The notes beneath the pieces were generated by a model. The model made no database searches. It saw only the letters and a list, made by a program, of their open reading frames with translations, and was not told the origin of the DNA. 64,000 nt of DNA. Source: Candidatus Latescibacterota bacterium (GTDB lineage Bacteria; Latescibacterota; UBA2968; UBA8231). The position numbers and the translations under genes were made by a program. Positions 51,337 to 60,188 of this stretch are shown one piece after another; the first letter of the stretch is position 1, and every line of letters starts with the position of its first letter. Location of the stretch: assembly GCA_965206595.1 (NCBI GenBank), contig OZ242214.1, positions 6,304,001 to 6,368,000 of the forward strand, in the 5' to 3' direction.

Positions 51337-53223
51337 TCACTGTCCGATAACCGAAGCGCTGTCAAGGAAGTTTCTCGCAAGATTCTCTGCGTCGAAGTTC
51401 TTCAGTGGAAAAATGATCTTTTCACCGTCTTCCATCCGAAACAGGCCATAAATGTTATACCTCCAAATACAACCGATGCTTCCCCCACCGTTACCGCAAA
51501 ATTCGACAAGATAGGATTTGAGGCATTTCCCCGGCAGATTGGGGGCGAGCTCTTGACATAGATTTGTGGATACATCCGACAAGATTGTGTACTCATCGTA
51601 GGCGCCTTGGTATTCCTCAGAAACATCCCTGACAGTCAAATCCTCGATCCTTAATTGATCGGAGTCTCCGGCACAATCAATTACGTTTCCCCAGAGACTG
51701 ATTTTTTGGCCATAGAAATCAATTGGGTCAAATGGAGAAATTGGATCGCCGAAATACTTGCCCGTGTTGTGTGCGAAATCTTCGAATTCCGGAGAACCGT
51801 ATGTATCGGCTATTGAGAACCGCTTAGCAAATTCCTCGAAATTATCACTTGACAACCCTTCAACCACAAAACACTGAGGAGGTAAGAGCCTGCCGTCAAC
51901 TTCCCAACCCGCAGAGATGGGAGGGAGTTCTTCTTGCACCCAATCATTTACTGAAACAATCCTGAAAGTATCGCTGCCCTTATACCAAATCAGACCATTC
52001 GCGAGCATGAATCCGCGCAATCCGACAGGAGTACAAGGAGGCTCATCCTTTAAAACTTTAGCTCCCCAGGAATCGGGAAAAATCTCCCGAAAGTCTTTAT
52101 TCTCGGCATGTTTCCGCCTGGGTCCGTGCTCCAGTTCGCCATCCACCAAAGAGAAAAACGCAAGGAGATCCTTTTTTCGCACCGCATCTTGAATCGCCAA
52201 TCCAAATCCATATGCCTTTTCAGGATCATACCCCCAATAGTCCGCAGATTCTGCGAGGGTCATGTCAATACCTGGCAATGGACCTGTTCCGTGGTTATCT
52301 GCGCAAACGGATGATTGCCCGGGATTCGGCCGTAGATAAACATCAGGGTCTTCGACCGGGCCCATTATTTTGACGTTTACGGGCTCTTTGCCTCGATCCT
52401 TCCATGATATCCCGCGCACCTGGTGCGTGCCGAAGAGCTGTTCGAGCACCCCGTCATGGGCCTGCTTCCAGCGTTCCTTCGCCCCCGGAGGCGTCTCGTC
52501 CCACACCCGCACGTAGAAAATGCACGAGTAGGTCCGGACTTGGGATGCCTTTCCCATCTCGTACAGGGGCAGCATGACGTTGCGCATCTCTGTGTCCGTC
52601 AGCGGCGTCCCGTAGGGGATGGTGTCAAGCGCAAGGCTATCTGCTTTTTCAGCGTAAGGTGCTCCACTGTCGTCCTCGGGGCTTCCCTCGGGGATCGGAA
52701 GCCTCTGTACTTCCATGTGATCCTCGCGGATGGCGATGTCAAACAGATAGTATGGCTTTTCCCGCCAGGTGGCCTTCGTGATCGGGTTGGTCTCTTCGAT
52801 CCGTTGGTACCAGCACGGAGGTGTGATTCCCTTGCCGAAGATCCGGATCTCTTTTTCGAGGGAGCCAATTTTTTCGTTCAACGTTTCGATTTTGCGCTCG
52901 GCGTCCGCAAGTGCTTTCTCGCGTTCCGTGTCCTCCAATACTCGTATTCGTTCCTGCAGTCTGGCCTTCTCTTTTTCTAAGGCTTCGACCTCCTTTTTGA
53001 GTCTTTCAATATCGCGCCCGCGTTCGTCCGAATGTTTCAACGCCACCTCGACCTCCTCGGGAGTGGCCTTCGCCATGATCTCCTTCCAGGAGTCGAATTT
53101 CTTGCCCCAGTAGCGGTTTACCCCCATGAGGGCAAGCAGCATCAGAAAGACGAGCAGGATGAATATCTCAGCGATCGTCAGCCCCAGTACCGCACCCCGC
53201 CTGTATCCCTCCTCCGTTTCCAT
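51337..53223 (-). CDS. MotB/ZorB-like single-pass membrane protein with coiled coil and large Cys-containing extracytoplasmic region
   Basis: N-terminal GLTIAEIFILLVFLMLLALM, a heptad stretch and a PPCW...C.FYVRVWD domain. No OmpA motif was seen. Confidence 0.65.
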   Translation of the reverse strand: METEEGYRRGAVLGLTIAEIFILLVFLMLLALMGVNRYWGKKFDSWKEIMAKATPEEVEVALKHSDERGRDIERLKKEVEALEKEKARLQERIRVLEDTEREKALADAERKIETLNEKIGSLEKEIRIFGKGITPPCWYQRIEETNPITKATWREKPYYLFDIAIREDHMEVQRLPIPEGSPEDDSGAPYAEKADSLALDTIPYGTPLTDTEMRNVMLPLYEMGKASQVRTYSCIFYVRVWDETPPGAKERWKQAHDGVLEQLFGTHQVRGISWKDRGKEPVNVKIMGPVEDPDVYLRPNPGQSSVCADNHGTGPLPGIDMTLAESADYWGYDPEKAYGFGLAIQDAVRKKDLLAFFSLVDGELEHGPRRKHAENKDFREIFPDSWGAKVLKDEPPCTPVGLRGFMLANGLIWYKGSDTFRIVSVNDWVQEELPPISAGWEVDGRLLPPQCFVVEGLSSDNFEEFAKRFSIADTYGSPEFEDFAHNTGKYFGDPISPFDPIDFYGQKISLWGNVIDCAGDSDQLRIEDLTVRDVSEEYQGAYDEYTILSDVSTNLCQELAPNLPGKCLKSYLVEFCGNGGGSIGCIWRYNIYGLFRMEDGEKIIFPLKNFDAENLARNFLDSASVIGQ

Positions 53224-53240
53224 GGACGTGTCCCGACTGC

Positions 53241-54842
53241 CTACCGCTGCAAGACGCGGTCGATCCAGCTTTTGGTGCTTTCGTCGCCTTTGGCCTCGTC
53301 AAAGGCGACGATGGCCTGCTTCAGCACTTCGGCGAGCCTAGTCCCTTCGTCTTGAAGCGCAGTCTGCACCCCCTTTAGTCCCTTATTGATCCGTTGAATC
53401 TCCCGTTCGGTGTCCTTCAGATTCTCTGTGTATCTGCCTGCTGTGGTCACAACTTCCGCGATTTCGGCGATGGCCTCCGTGAGTTTTGCCTGACCTTCAA
53501 ACTCCCTGCCCCCAGCTTCGGCAAGTTCCTGGAGCTTCTTGACGGTAACGTCGAGTGCCTCCTCATGTTGCTTGCCTGCGCCGGCGATTCCGGCGAGCTG
53601 ATCCGTCACCGCCTTGGCGTTGGCCTCTAAATTCGAGATCGCGTTGCTCGCGCTGGCGACATCGGCCAAGTGCTCAATCGCCATGCTGGCCTTGCGGACC
53701 CCGTCTGGCAGAATGGTGAGTTCCGTATTAGTGCGCTGCGCCTCCTGGCCAAGTTTCGCGAGTTCCTGGTTGGTCCGTTCCATTTCCTCCAGAGCCGCCC
53801 CTGCCCGACGCTGAATTTCCATCCACTCCTCCGCCTGCCGGTTGAGCATCTCGCCTATCTCGCTGGCGAACTGTTCTCGGGCGGCCTGGTTGGTCCTCTC
53901 AGTGGCGGTCGCCTCAGCCAGAGAGTTCAGGCCTTCGGTGACTGTCTTGCTGCTTTCCGCAAACGCCTCGGAACTCGCCTTGGCCTGGATGCCGATGGCC
54001 GCAAGATTTTCGGCCGTCTCTCCACTCCCCGCCCGGATGCGCTCGATGCTTTCGTCCATGTTCTTCACTTGCGCTTCGAGTCTCTCCAGCGCGCCCTGGA
54101 TTCCCGCCCCCTGTTCCTCCGTCCGCTGCCTCGCCTCCTCGGCCTTTTCGGCGACGGACTCGTAGATCGCTTTCAGGCTTTCGAGCTCCGCCTTCGCCTT
54201 CTCTTCCAGCCCGTCATGGAACGCCTGCATCATCTCCTCCATGTGGGCGTGGGTGGTCTTTGCCTGCAGGATGGTCTGGTTGGCGTGGGAATTGAACGCA
54301 TTGGTTGAGCTCTGGAGTTGCCTGCGCAGCTCATACGCATAGCGCTCCAGATCGATGGTGGCGCCTTCGATCTCTACGCCAGCGGCGCCGGAACCGCTGG
54401 CTGAATGGGGGATCCGGATGATTGTCTCCTGTCCCTCCGTCCCCTGGCGTTGCAGGGTCATGCGCATGACGATCCCTGCCATGGTTGTGAGAAGGGCGAT
54501 CCCGAAGCTGCCGATCATCTCGTCGGTGCGTTCCTCGAGCGACTGCTCACCCCCGAACAGGAGAAACAGGCTAACGAGCGCTGTGCAAAGTGAAGTGAGG
54601 GTATACAGCAACCCGAGGTAATAGACCTCGTCTCCCAGGCGCGGATGCTCGTCCTCGGCCCGGACCCGTTTTTGGTCGTGTCTGTACAGCCCCATGATGC
54701 CGATCCCGAGCGCGGAGGCAACGATCCCTCCGAGGATCGGCTGGCTTTGCGCGATCAGTTTCGCCATGAAGATCAAGACAGATCCGATCCCGAATGCCCA
54801 CTCGAAAGCATGCTCTGTTTTCAACACGCGCGCCTTCTCCAT
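53241..54842 (-). CDS. MotA/TolQ/ExbB-like (ZorA-like) membrane protein with ~400-aa helical tail
   Basis: Four hydrophobic segments including YYLGLLYTLTSL and FGIALLTTMAGI, then a long A/E/Q-rich coiled coil. The ATG overlaps the upstream TGA (TGATG). Confidence 0.72.
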   Translation of the reverse strand: MEKARVLKTEHAFEWAFGIGSVLIFMAKLIAQSQPILGGIVASALGIGIMGLYRHDQKRVRAEDEHPRLGDEVYYLGLLYTLTSLCTALVSLFLLFGGEQSLEERTDEMIGSFGIALLTTMAGIVMRMTLQRQGTEGQETIIRIPHSASGSGAAGVEIEGATIDLERYAYELRRQLQSSTNAFNSHANQTILQAKTTHAHMEEMMQAFHDGLEEKAKAELESLKAIYESVAEKAEEARQRTEEQGAGIQGALERLEAQVKNMDESIERIRAGSGETAENLAAIGIQAKASSEAFAESSKTVTEGLNSLAEATATERTNQAAREQFASEIGEMLNRQAEEWMEIQRRAGAALEEMERTNQELAKLGQEAQRTNTELTILPDGVRKASMAIEHLADVASASNAISNLEANAKAVTDQLAGIAGAGKQHEEALDVTVKKLQELAEAGGREFEGQAKLTEAIAEIAEVVTTAGRYTENLKDTEREIQRINKGLKGVQTALQDEGTRLAEVLKQAIVAFDEAKGDESTKSWIDRVLQR

Positions 54843-55549
54843 CACAGCGCCTGCTGCCATAGCACCTTTCCTCCCATCTCCTCTACCCAGTCCGTCCACC
54901 AGTAGTAGTGCTCCGACGTCTGATAACTCTCATACTTGTGCCTTTCTAGTCGAAACAAGCTCACCTCCACTCGTGAAAGATCGGTCCTGAGTTCGCGAGG
55001 AATCTCTTCCGGGTTTGGGTACGGCATGTAATGTGACAGCATCCCCGTGTTTTGCAGCAAATCCGAGATGATAATCAGGTGCGTGGGTTTCACCGCCTTT
55101 TCCGCTCGCCTGCTGCTCGCGTGGCGGGCCGAAATAACCGCAATGGTTTCCAAGATCGGGGATGACGGTTGCGCCTCGCGTTCTTCCGCGGGGAACATTG
55201 CTTCGATCACTTTGACGAACTTTTCCCAGCGCCACTCGGTGATCACTGTGCCTGTCGTCAACTCTTCAAATCGCCGCCTTTCCTCGGGATTGCCCCCAGG
55301 GTGGCAGATTTGCGCGATCGGTGTTTCGGGGGCTCCGGTGCTTTCCAGACGGTAGAGTGTCACCCGTTCCCCCTTCCTCACCGCAAGGGCGTCATGACGC
55401 CCGCTTGCCGACGGACTCGTCATCTCCCGCACAATGCGCCTGAGTTCCTCCTTGTGCTTGTCGCCCAGCGGATCCGACGTATCGAGCAGTACGACCACCT
55501 CCCGGGATCGCCTCTTCGGCTTGGTGAAAGCCCTCCCAGTCCTCGTCAT
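54842..55549 (-). CDS. vWA-like alpha/beta protein, N-terminus probably lost
   Basis: VVVLLDTSD, SPILETI and LIIISDLLQN (MIDAS-like). It overlaps the upstream ORF by ~160 nt. Confidence 0.6.
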   Translation of the reverse strand: MTRTGRAFTKPKRRSREVVVLLDTSDPLGDKHKEELRRIVREMTSPSASGRHDALAVRKGERVTLYRLESTGAPETPIAQICHPGGNPEERRRFEELTTGTVITEWRWEKFVKVIEAMFPAEEREAQPSSPILETIAVISARHASSRRAEKAVKPTHLIIISDLLQNTGMLSHYMPYPNPEEIPRELRTDLSRVEVSLFRLERHKYESYQTSEHYYWWTDWVEEMGGKVLWQQAL

Positions 55550-56876
55550 AGTCCGAGGGTGGAATCTCCTCCCACTCCGGCGCTTCCAGCATCTCCTGAT
55601 CGATAAGGAGTCTCTCGGCGAAAAACTCCGGGTTCGGTGTTGTACGGGCCATCTCGTTTGCCGAGCGATATGCCGCGATTATGAAGTCCAGGTGGTTCTG
55701 GTACTGGCGAAGCTGCATGGGGAATTGCCGTACGATCCCTCTTGCGGAGTCAGTGATCAGCCGGTGGTTCCCCTTCTTGTTTTCCACTTGCTGCCGTTGG
55801 TCCCGGATTCTTTCAGTGTACTCCTCGTAGATCCTTTTCAGATTCGCTCGCCTTTGCACGTTCTCATCCTGGTACTCCTCAAAATGCTCCGCTTCAGTCC
55901 GATGCACCTTTCCGTAACCTGGATACACGTCGTCGCGGTTCAGCCACTTGGTTGCGGCGAAGATGCAGCAGCCTGCTCCGATTAGGGCAAGCAGCCATGA
56001 GAGCATTCCTTCGAGTCCGAAAAGATTATTCGAGAACCTCTCTGGGGTGTCGTCTGCCAGCAATTCTCCCAAGGAACTTGCTCCCGACGCAGCTTTGGTC
56101 GCCACGGCGAGCATGCTGTCACGGAAATGCCCGACGAGCAGGTTCCAGAGAAACATGCCCGTTGTCCCCAGCGCCACCAGAGTCCAGCCTAGCGATTTTG
56201 GCAGTAACTCCACCGAGTTCTTCTGGCGCCATCCTTCTCCGATTAGCCCTCCCAGGATGCCCGCATTCACCACGCCGACCGCCAGCATGATGACTATTGC
56301 GCCAAGAAGGCCGTATTCGTGCACGCCGGCGAGCATCATGGCGTTTACAAGCGCTTCGATAACCACAATTCCGCCCAGCCACCAGTACCAAGTCTCCCTT
56401 TCGTTATACTCCGGCACACGTTCGAGGTTGGCCTTTGTCTTGAACGCGGCCAATGCCGCCCGTGCGTCCCGGGCTTCGCGCTGCTTTTTTACGAGAATGG
56501 ATCGATCTTTCTCGGCCTGATCGGTCAGTTCGACGATACCCTGGTTTTTCAGGCCTTCCACAGTGTGCTGAATTGGAGCCATACCTTCCCTGGTTTCCAG
56601 TTCCAGGGCGTGCTGTTGCTGCACGAGGTACCTGCTCACGGCCGCATGGCACGCTTTCCCACGCTGGTTAACCCAGGCGAGAATCTTGTTGTACATATCG
56701 TCCGGCTGGATCGCTTCCGACGGCGGAAATTCCTGTTCGCCCTTCTCGCGTCCTGCCTCCCGGATCTTGTTTTCTCTGATCCACCGCTCGCAATCGAGTT
56801 CGGCGTACTCCTGCTTCGCTCCATCCCAACCCGGTAATGTGGTCCATTCTCCAGTATTCACACTTGTAATCCTCAT
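55392..56876 (-). CDS. Multi-pass membrane protein with flanking coiled coils
   Basis: About 4 central TM helices, DDVYPGYG and YRSAN..AR..P.P.FF. The last ~35 aa look like out-of-frame read-through. Confidence 0.75.
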   Translation of the reverse strand: MRITSVNTGEWTTLPGWDGAKQEYAELDCERWIRENKIREAGREKGEQEFPPSEAIQPDDMYNKILAWVNQRGKACHAAVSRYLVQQQHALELETREGMAPIQHTVEGLKNQGIVELTDQAEKDRSILVKKQREARDARAALAAFKTKANLERVPEYNERETWYWWLGGIVVIEALVNAMMLAGVHEYGLLGAIVIMLAVGVVNAGILGGLIGEGWRQKNSVELLPKSLGWTLVALGTTGMFLWNLLVGHFRDSMLAVATKAASGASSLGELLADDTPERFSNNLFGLEGMLSWLLALIGAGCCIFAATKWLNRDDVYPGYGKVHRTEAEHFEEYQDENVQRRANLKRIYEEYTERIRDQRQQVENKKGNHRLITDSARGIVRQFPMQLRQYQNHLDFIIAAYRSANEMARTTPNPEFFAERLLIDQEMLEAPEWEEIPPSDYDEDWEGFHQAEEAIPGGGRTARYVGSAGRQAQGGTQAHCAGDDESVGKRAS

Positions 56877-57113
56877 CTTTCGGTTTAGTTGTAGGCCAAG
56901 GGTGTGTGCGAGTTCCCTCCACAACCCGGGGGCGTTTCAAGTCCTCTGTCTTCTAAATGCGCACCCTGCAGAGCCTCCAGGCTAATGGCCTCAACAGTTG
57001 CCTCGCTCGCTCAATACCGGCGCAAGAGCCTTTGTAACTTGCTTCGCGCCGTTTCGGTTTTCCCGGTGACGGCCCGCTCCACGGAACGGTACGAACCTAT
57101 CAGTCGCAGATAC

Positions 57114-58376
57114 CTACTCCGGTTCCCAGATCGGCTCGTCCCGCTCCCGGAGCTGCCTCCAGGCGCGGTCGAAGGCCTCGCTGCCGTCGTCCTCCCACTC
57201 GTCGAGGCGCACCCCCGGGGCGAAGGCCTCGTCGTCGCCGAACTTCATCAGCCCCTCGGCCTGGCGCAGGTCGCGGTAGTAATGCTTGAGGCCGCCGGGG
57301 AAGGAGACTACCGAGACCCAGCGCGGCCACTCCGGGACCGGGGTGTGGCGGTAGCGCGCCACCGCGTCCTCGTCGAGCTCGACCCCGAGACCGGGCCCCT
57401 CCGGCACCTTCATGAAGCCGCGCTGCACGGTGTGCGCCTCGGTGATCAGGTCGTCCTCGTAGGAGTGGCTGGCGGTGACGCCGGGCAGCATCGCCGTGTG
57501 CATGACGGCGCCGAGCTGGCAGGCGAAGGCCGCGGTGATGCCGGTGCCGACGTACTGCAACAGGATCGGGGTGTTGGCCGAGGCGAAGGTCCAGGAAGCG
57601 GCCATGGCGTTGCGGATGTTCTCGTGGCTGCAGAGGGCGCCGTCGAAGTCGCCGGCGCGCAGGCCGATCCAGGGCCCCGACGGCTGCCGCGAGGGCCCGT
57701 CGAGAACAGTGCCGACCCCGTGCAGGTAGAAGGGGATGCGGATCTGCCGGTGGAGCCGCCGCCAGCCTTCGATGTCGTGGGCGAAGATCGGCTCCTCCAC
57801 CCCCTTGACCACCGGGATGTTCTCCAGCTCCCGCAGGATCGGCAGGGCCTTCTCGACGTTGATCAGGGCGCCGTTGAAGTCGAACTCGACGCGGAAATCC
57901 GGGGGCGCGGCCTCCTGCATCGCCTGCGCCTGCTCGACGACGTCGTAGAAGGCGCGCGCCTTGCACTTGAGGCCCCGGTAGCCGCGCGCCGCGGCCTCCT
58001 CCACTTCGGCGGCCGAATCCTCGGGGGACATGCAGGGCATCCACCAGCCCATGGTCACCCACCGGCGCCGCTGCTGCCCGAGCAGCTTCCAGGCCGGGAT
58101 GCCGAGGTGCTTGCCCATGAGGTCGTAGCAGGCCATGTCGAGATTGAAGGGGCCGGTGCCCATCACGTGGTCGAAGGGGTCGCTGCCGAGGTAGGGGTCG
58201 AGCGCCTCCTGCGCGAACGGCGGGCCGGGGTTCTCTCCGAGGCCGGTGAGACCGGCGTCGGTGTGGAACTTGTAGACCGTCACCTCCTCCTTCATGGAGA
58301 AGTGGTGGTAGCACTTGCGGATGCGGGCCTCGTACGGCAGGCGCAGGGGGATCGCTTCGATATCGGTGATTTTCAT
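57114..58376 (-). CDS. Mandelate racemase/muconate lactonizing (enolase superfamily) enzyme
   Basis: MKITDIEAIP, TDAGLTGLGE, DMACYDLMGK, K.K, DFN, EEP and VPEGPGLGVELDE motifs. Confidence 0.88.
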   Translation of the reverse strand: MKITDIEAIPLRLPYEARIRKCYHHFSMKEEVTVYKFHTDAGLTGLGENPGPPFAQEALDPYLGSDPFDHVMGTGPFNLDMACYDLMGKHLGIPAWKLLGQQRRRWVTMGWWMPCMSPEDSAAEVEEAAARGYRGLKCKARAFYDVVEQAQAMQEAAPPDFRVEFDFNGALINVEKALPILRELENIPVVKGVEEPIFAHDIEGWRRLHRQIRIPFYLHGVGTVLDGPSRQPSGPWIGLRAGDFDGALCSHENIRNAMAASWTFASANTPILLQYVGTGITAAFACQLGAVMHTAMLPGVTASHSYEDDLITEAHTVQRGFMKVPEGPGLGVELDEDAVARYRHTPVPEWPRWVSVVSFPGGLKHYYRDLRQAEGLMKFGDDEAFAPGVRLDEWEDDGSEAFDRAWRQLRERDEPIWEPE

Positions 58377-58393
58377 CTCGATGGCTCCATGGG

Positions 58394-59191
58394 TTATTCG
58401 AAGATGGGGGTGGACGCCGGCGGTCCGAACCCCATCTCCACCAGGGGTGCGGCGAGCTTGCGCAGCCGCGGGCGGTCGCTCTCGATAAGCTCGGGTACCG
58501 GGTGCAGGGAGTAGAGCCAACTCTCGTAGTTGCTCCTGAGGTAGGCGCGCTCCTCCCCGGTCTCCGGGTTCTTCATGAAGTTGATGGCGTGCTGGCTGCG
58601 CCCGGGGGCGCCGCCGAAGGCGCCGTGCCAGGTGCTCTCCGGGAAGATGACGAGGTCGCCCGGCTCGGTTTCGGCGACGTGGCAGGGCAGGTCGGGCCCC
58701 GAGACCCCGAGCGGCTGCTTCGAAGGGTCCTCCCCCTGCTCGTTGAGGACCTGGAGATGACGCCTGTACTCCGGGTTGTTCGAGCCCGGGATCAGGCGGA
58801 CCGCGCCGGTGTCCCGGGTGGTCGGCTCGAGGTAGAATGCGATCTTGATCGAGGCCAGCGGGTCCGGCTCCGGCGTCCCGCCGTGCCACCTGGTGTCGCC
58901 GACGTGCAGGTTGCCCTCGGTTGCGTTCAAATGGAACTCCGGCCCAAGCAGGTCCTCCCCGATCCCCCAGATGCGGTCGTCCTCGATGAAGTCGCGCAGG
59001 CGGGGGCTGTACTCGAAGAAGGGGATCATCGCCTGCCGGCTCTTGCCGTTGAACGGCCGCCCTTCGCGGTTGGCCGCCAGCATGTGTTCCGACTCGCGGC
59101 GCAGCTCGTCGATCTCCCGGGTTTGGAACACCCGGCGCAGGACGAGGAAACCGAAGGTCTCGAAATACCGTTTCTGCTCTGGTGCCAGCAT
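58394..59191 (-). CDS. PhyH-family Fe(II)/2OG oxygenase
   Basis: FETFGFLVLR, IKIAFYL, LIPGS and PGDLVIF...WHG motifs. RBS aggagg. Confidence 0.85.
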   Translation of the reverse strand: MLAPEQKRYFETFGFLVLRRVFQTREIDELRRESEHMLAANREGRPFNGKSRQAMIPFFEYSPRLRDFIEDDRIWGIGEDLLGPEFHLNATEGNLHVGDTRWHGGTPEPDPLASIKIAFYLEPTTRDTGAVRLIPGSNNPEYRRHLQVLNEQGEDPSKQPLGVSGPDLPCHVAETEPGDLVIFPESTWHGAFGGAPGRSQHAINFMKNPETGEERAYLRSNYESWLYSLHPVPELIESDRPRLRKLAAPLVEMGFGPPASTPIFE

Positions 59192-59289
59192 GGTTCCTCC
59201 TTGCCAAGAGGGCGGAAATATGGTGCATATTGTGGGGAGTCCAAAAGGAGGCGCGGCTTCTGGAAAGCCGCCAATTCAGGAGGCGGATC

Positions 59290-60087
59290 ATGGACAACAG
59301 ACTCGACCTGCAGGGGCGTGTCGCCGTAATCACCGGGGCAGCGCGCGGCATCGGCAAGAAGATCGCCGAGGATTTCGTCGCCCACGGGGCCACCGTCGTC
59401 ATCGGCGACATCCTCGACGATCTCGGGGAGGAGACGGCCGCCGGGCTCGGGGAAGCGGCGTCGTACGTGCACTGCGACATCAGCCGCCTCGACGAAGTGC
59501 GGGCGTTGATCGATCACGCGGCGGCGTGGGCGGGCAGGATCGACATCCTCGTCAACAACGCCGCCTACAACCCGTCGAAGCCCGGGGAGCGCCGCACCGT
59601 TGAGGAATACGACGACGATCTCTTCGTCAGGATGATGGACGTCGACATCAACGGCACCTACTACTGCTCCAAGTACGCCGCCTTGCGGATGATCGAGCAG
59701 AAGTCAGGGTCGATCATCAACATCGCCTCGGTCGCCGGCATGGTGCCGATCCGCAACCAGATCGGCCACGTCGTCGGCAAGGCCGCGGTGATCAGCCTCG
59801 CCGAGGCCATGGCCCTCGAGCTGGGGCATCACGGCATCCGCGTCAACGCCATAGCCCCCGGATCGACGGTTACCGACGCCACCCGCAACCTCTTCTACCG
59901 CGCCGACGGCAGCTACAACGAGAAGGGCAGGCAGCTGCTTTCCTTCGTGCCGAGCGGCCGTCCCGGCCAGGTGGAGGACATCGCCAACGCGGCGCTGTTC
60001 CTCGCCTCGGACATGGCCTCCTACGTCAACGGCCACACCGTCGTCGTCGACGGCGGCTGGACATGCGGCTTCACGCGGGATTTCTGA
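59290..60087 (+). CDS. Short-chain dehydrogenase/reductase
   Basis: TGAARGIG, NNA, IRVNAIAPG and VDGG motifs. The catalytic YxxxK appears as HVVGK. Confidence 0.9.
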   Translation: MDNRLDLQGRVAVITGAARGIGKKIAEDFVAHGATVVIGDILDDLGEETAAGLGEAASYVHCDISRLDEVRALIDHAAAWAGRIDILVNNAAYNPSKPGERRTVEEYDDDLFVRMMDVDINGTYYCSKYAALRMIEQKSGSIINIASVAGMVPIRNQIGHVVGKAAVISLAEAMALELGHHGIRVNAIAPGSTVTDATRNLFYRADGSYNEKGRQLLSFVPSGRPGQVEDIANAALFLASDMASYVNGHTVVVDGGWTCGFTRDF

Positions 60088-60188
60088 GGGCGCTGGAAAC
60101 CGGCCGGGAGGCAGCTCCTCCGCCCCGGCGCCGCGCAGCATGGGGGCCGCCGAGCGGAGGCCCGGGTCCCCTGCGGTGCGTTCCCGGG

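Noticed and set aside
51337-54842. Ordinary flagellar motAB or tolQR/exbBD
   Set aside because: The long tail on the A subunit, the lack of an OmpA or ExbD-type domain on the B subunit, the absence of tonB/tolA/flagellar neighbours and the island context all argue against it.
18127-59480. Apparent long fusion ORFs 18127-20061, 42077-44470 and 57114-59480
   Set aside because: The N-terminal extensions overlap other real genes. True starts are at 19078, 43706 and 58376.
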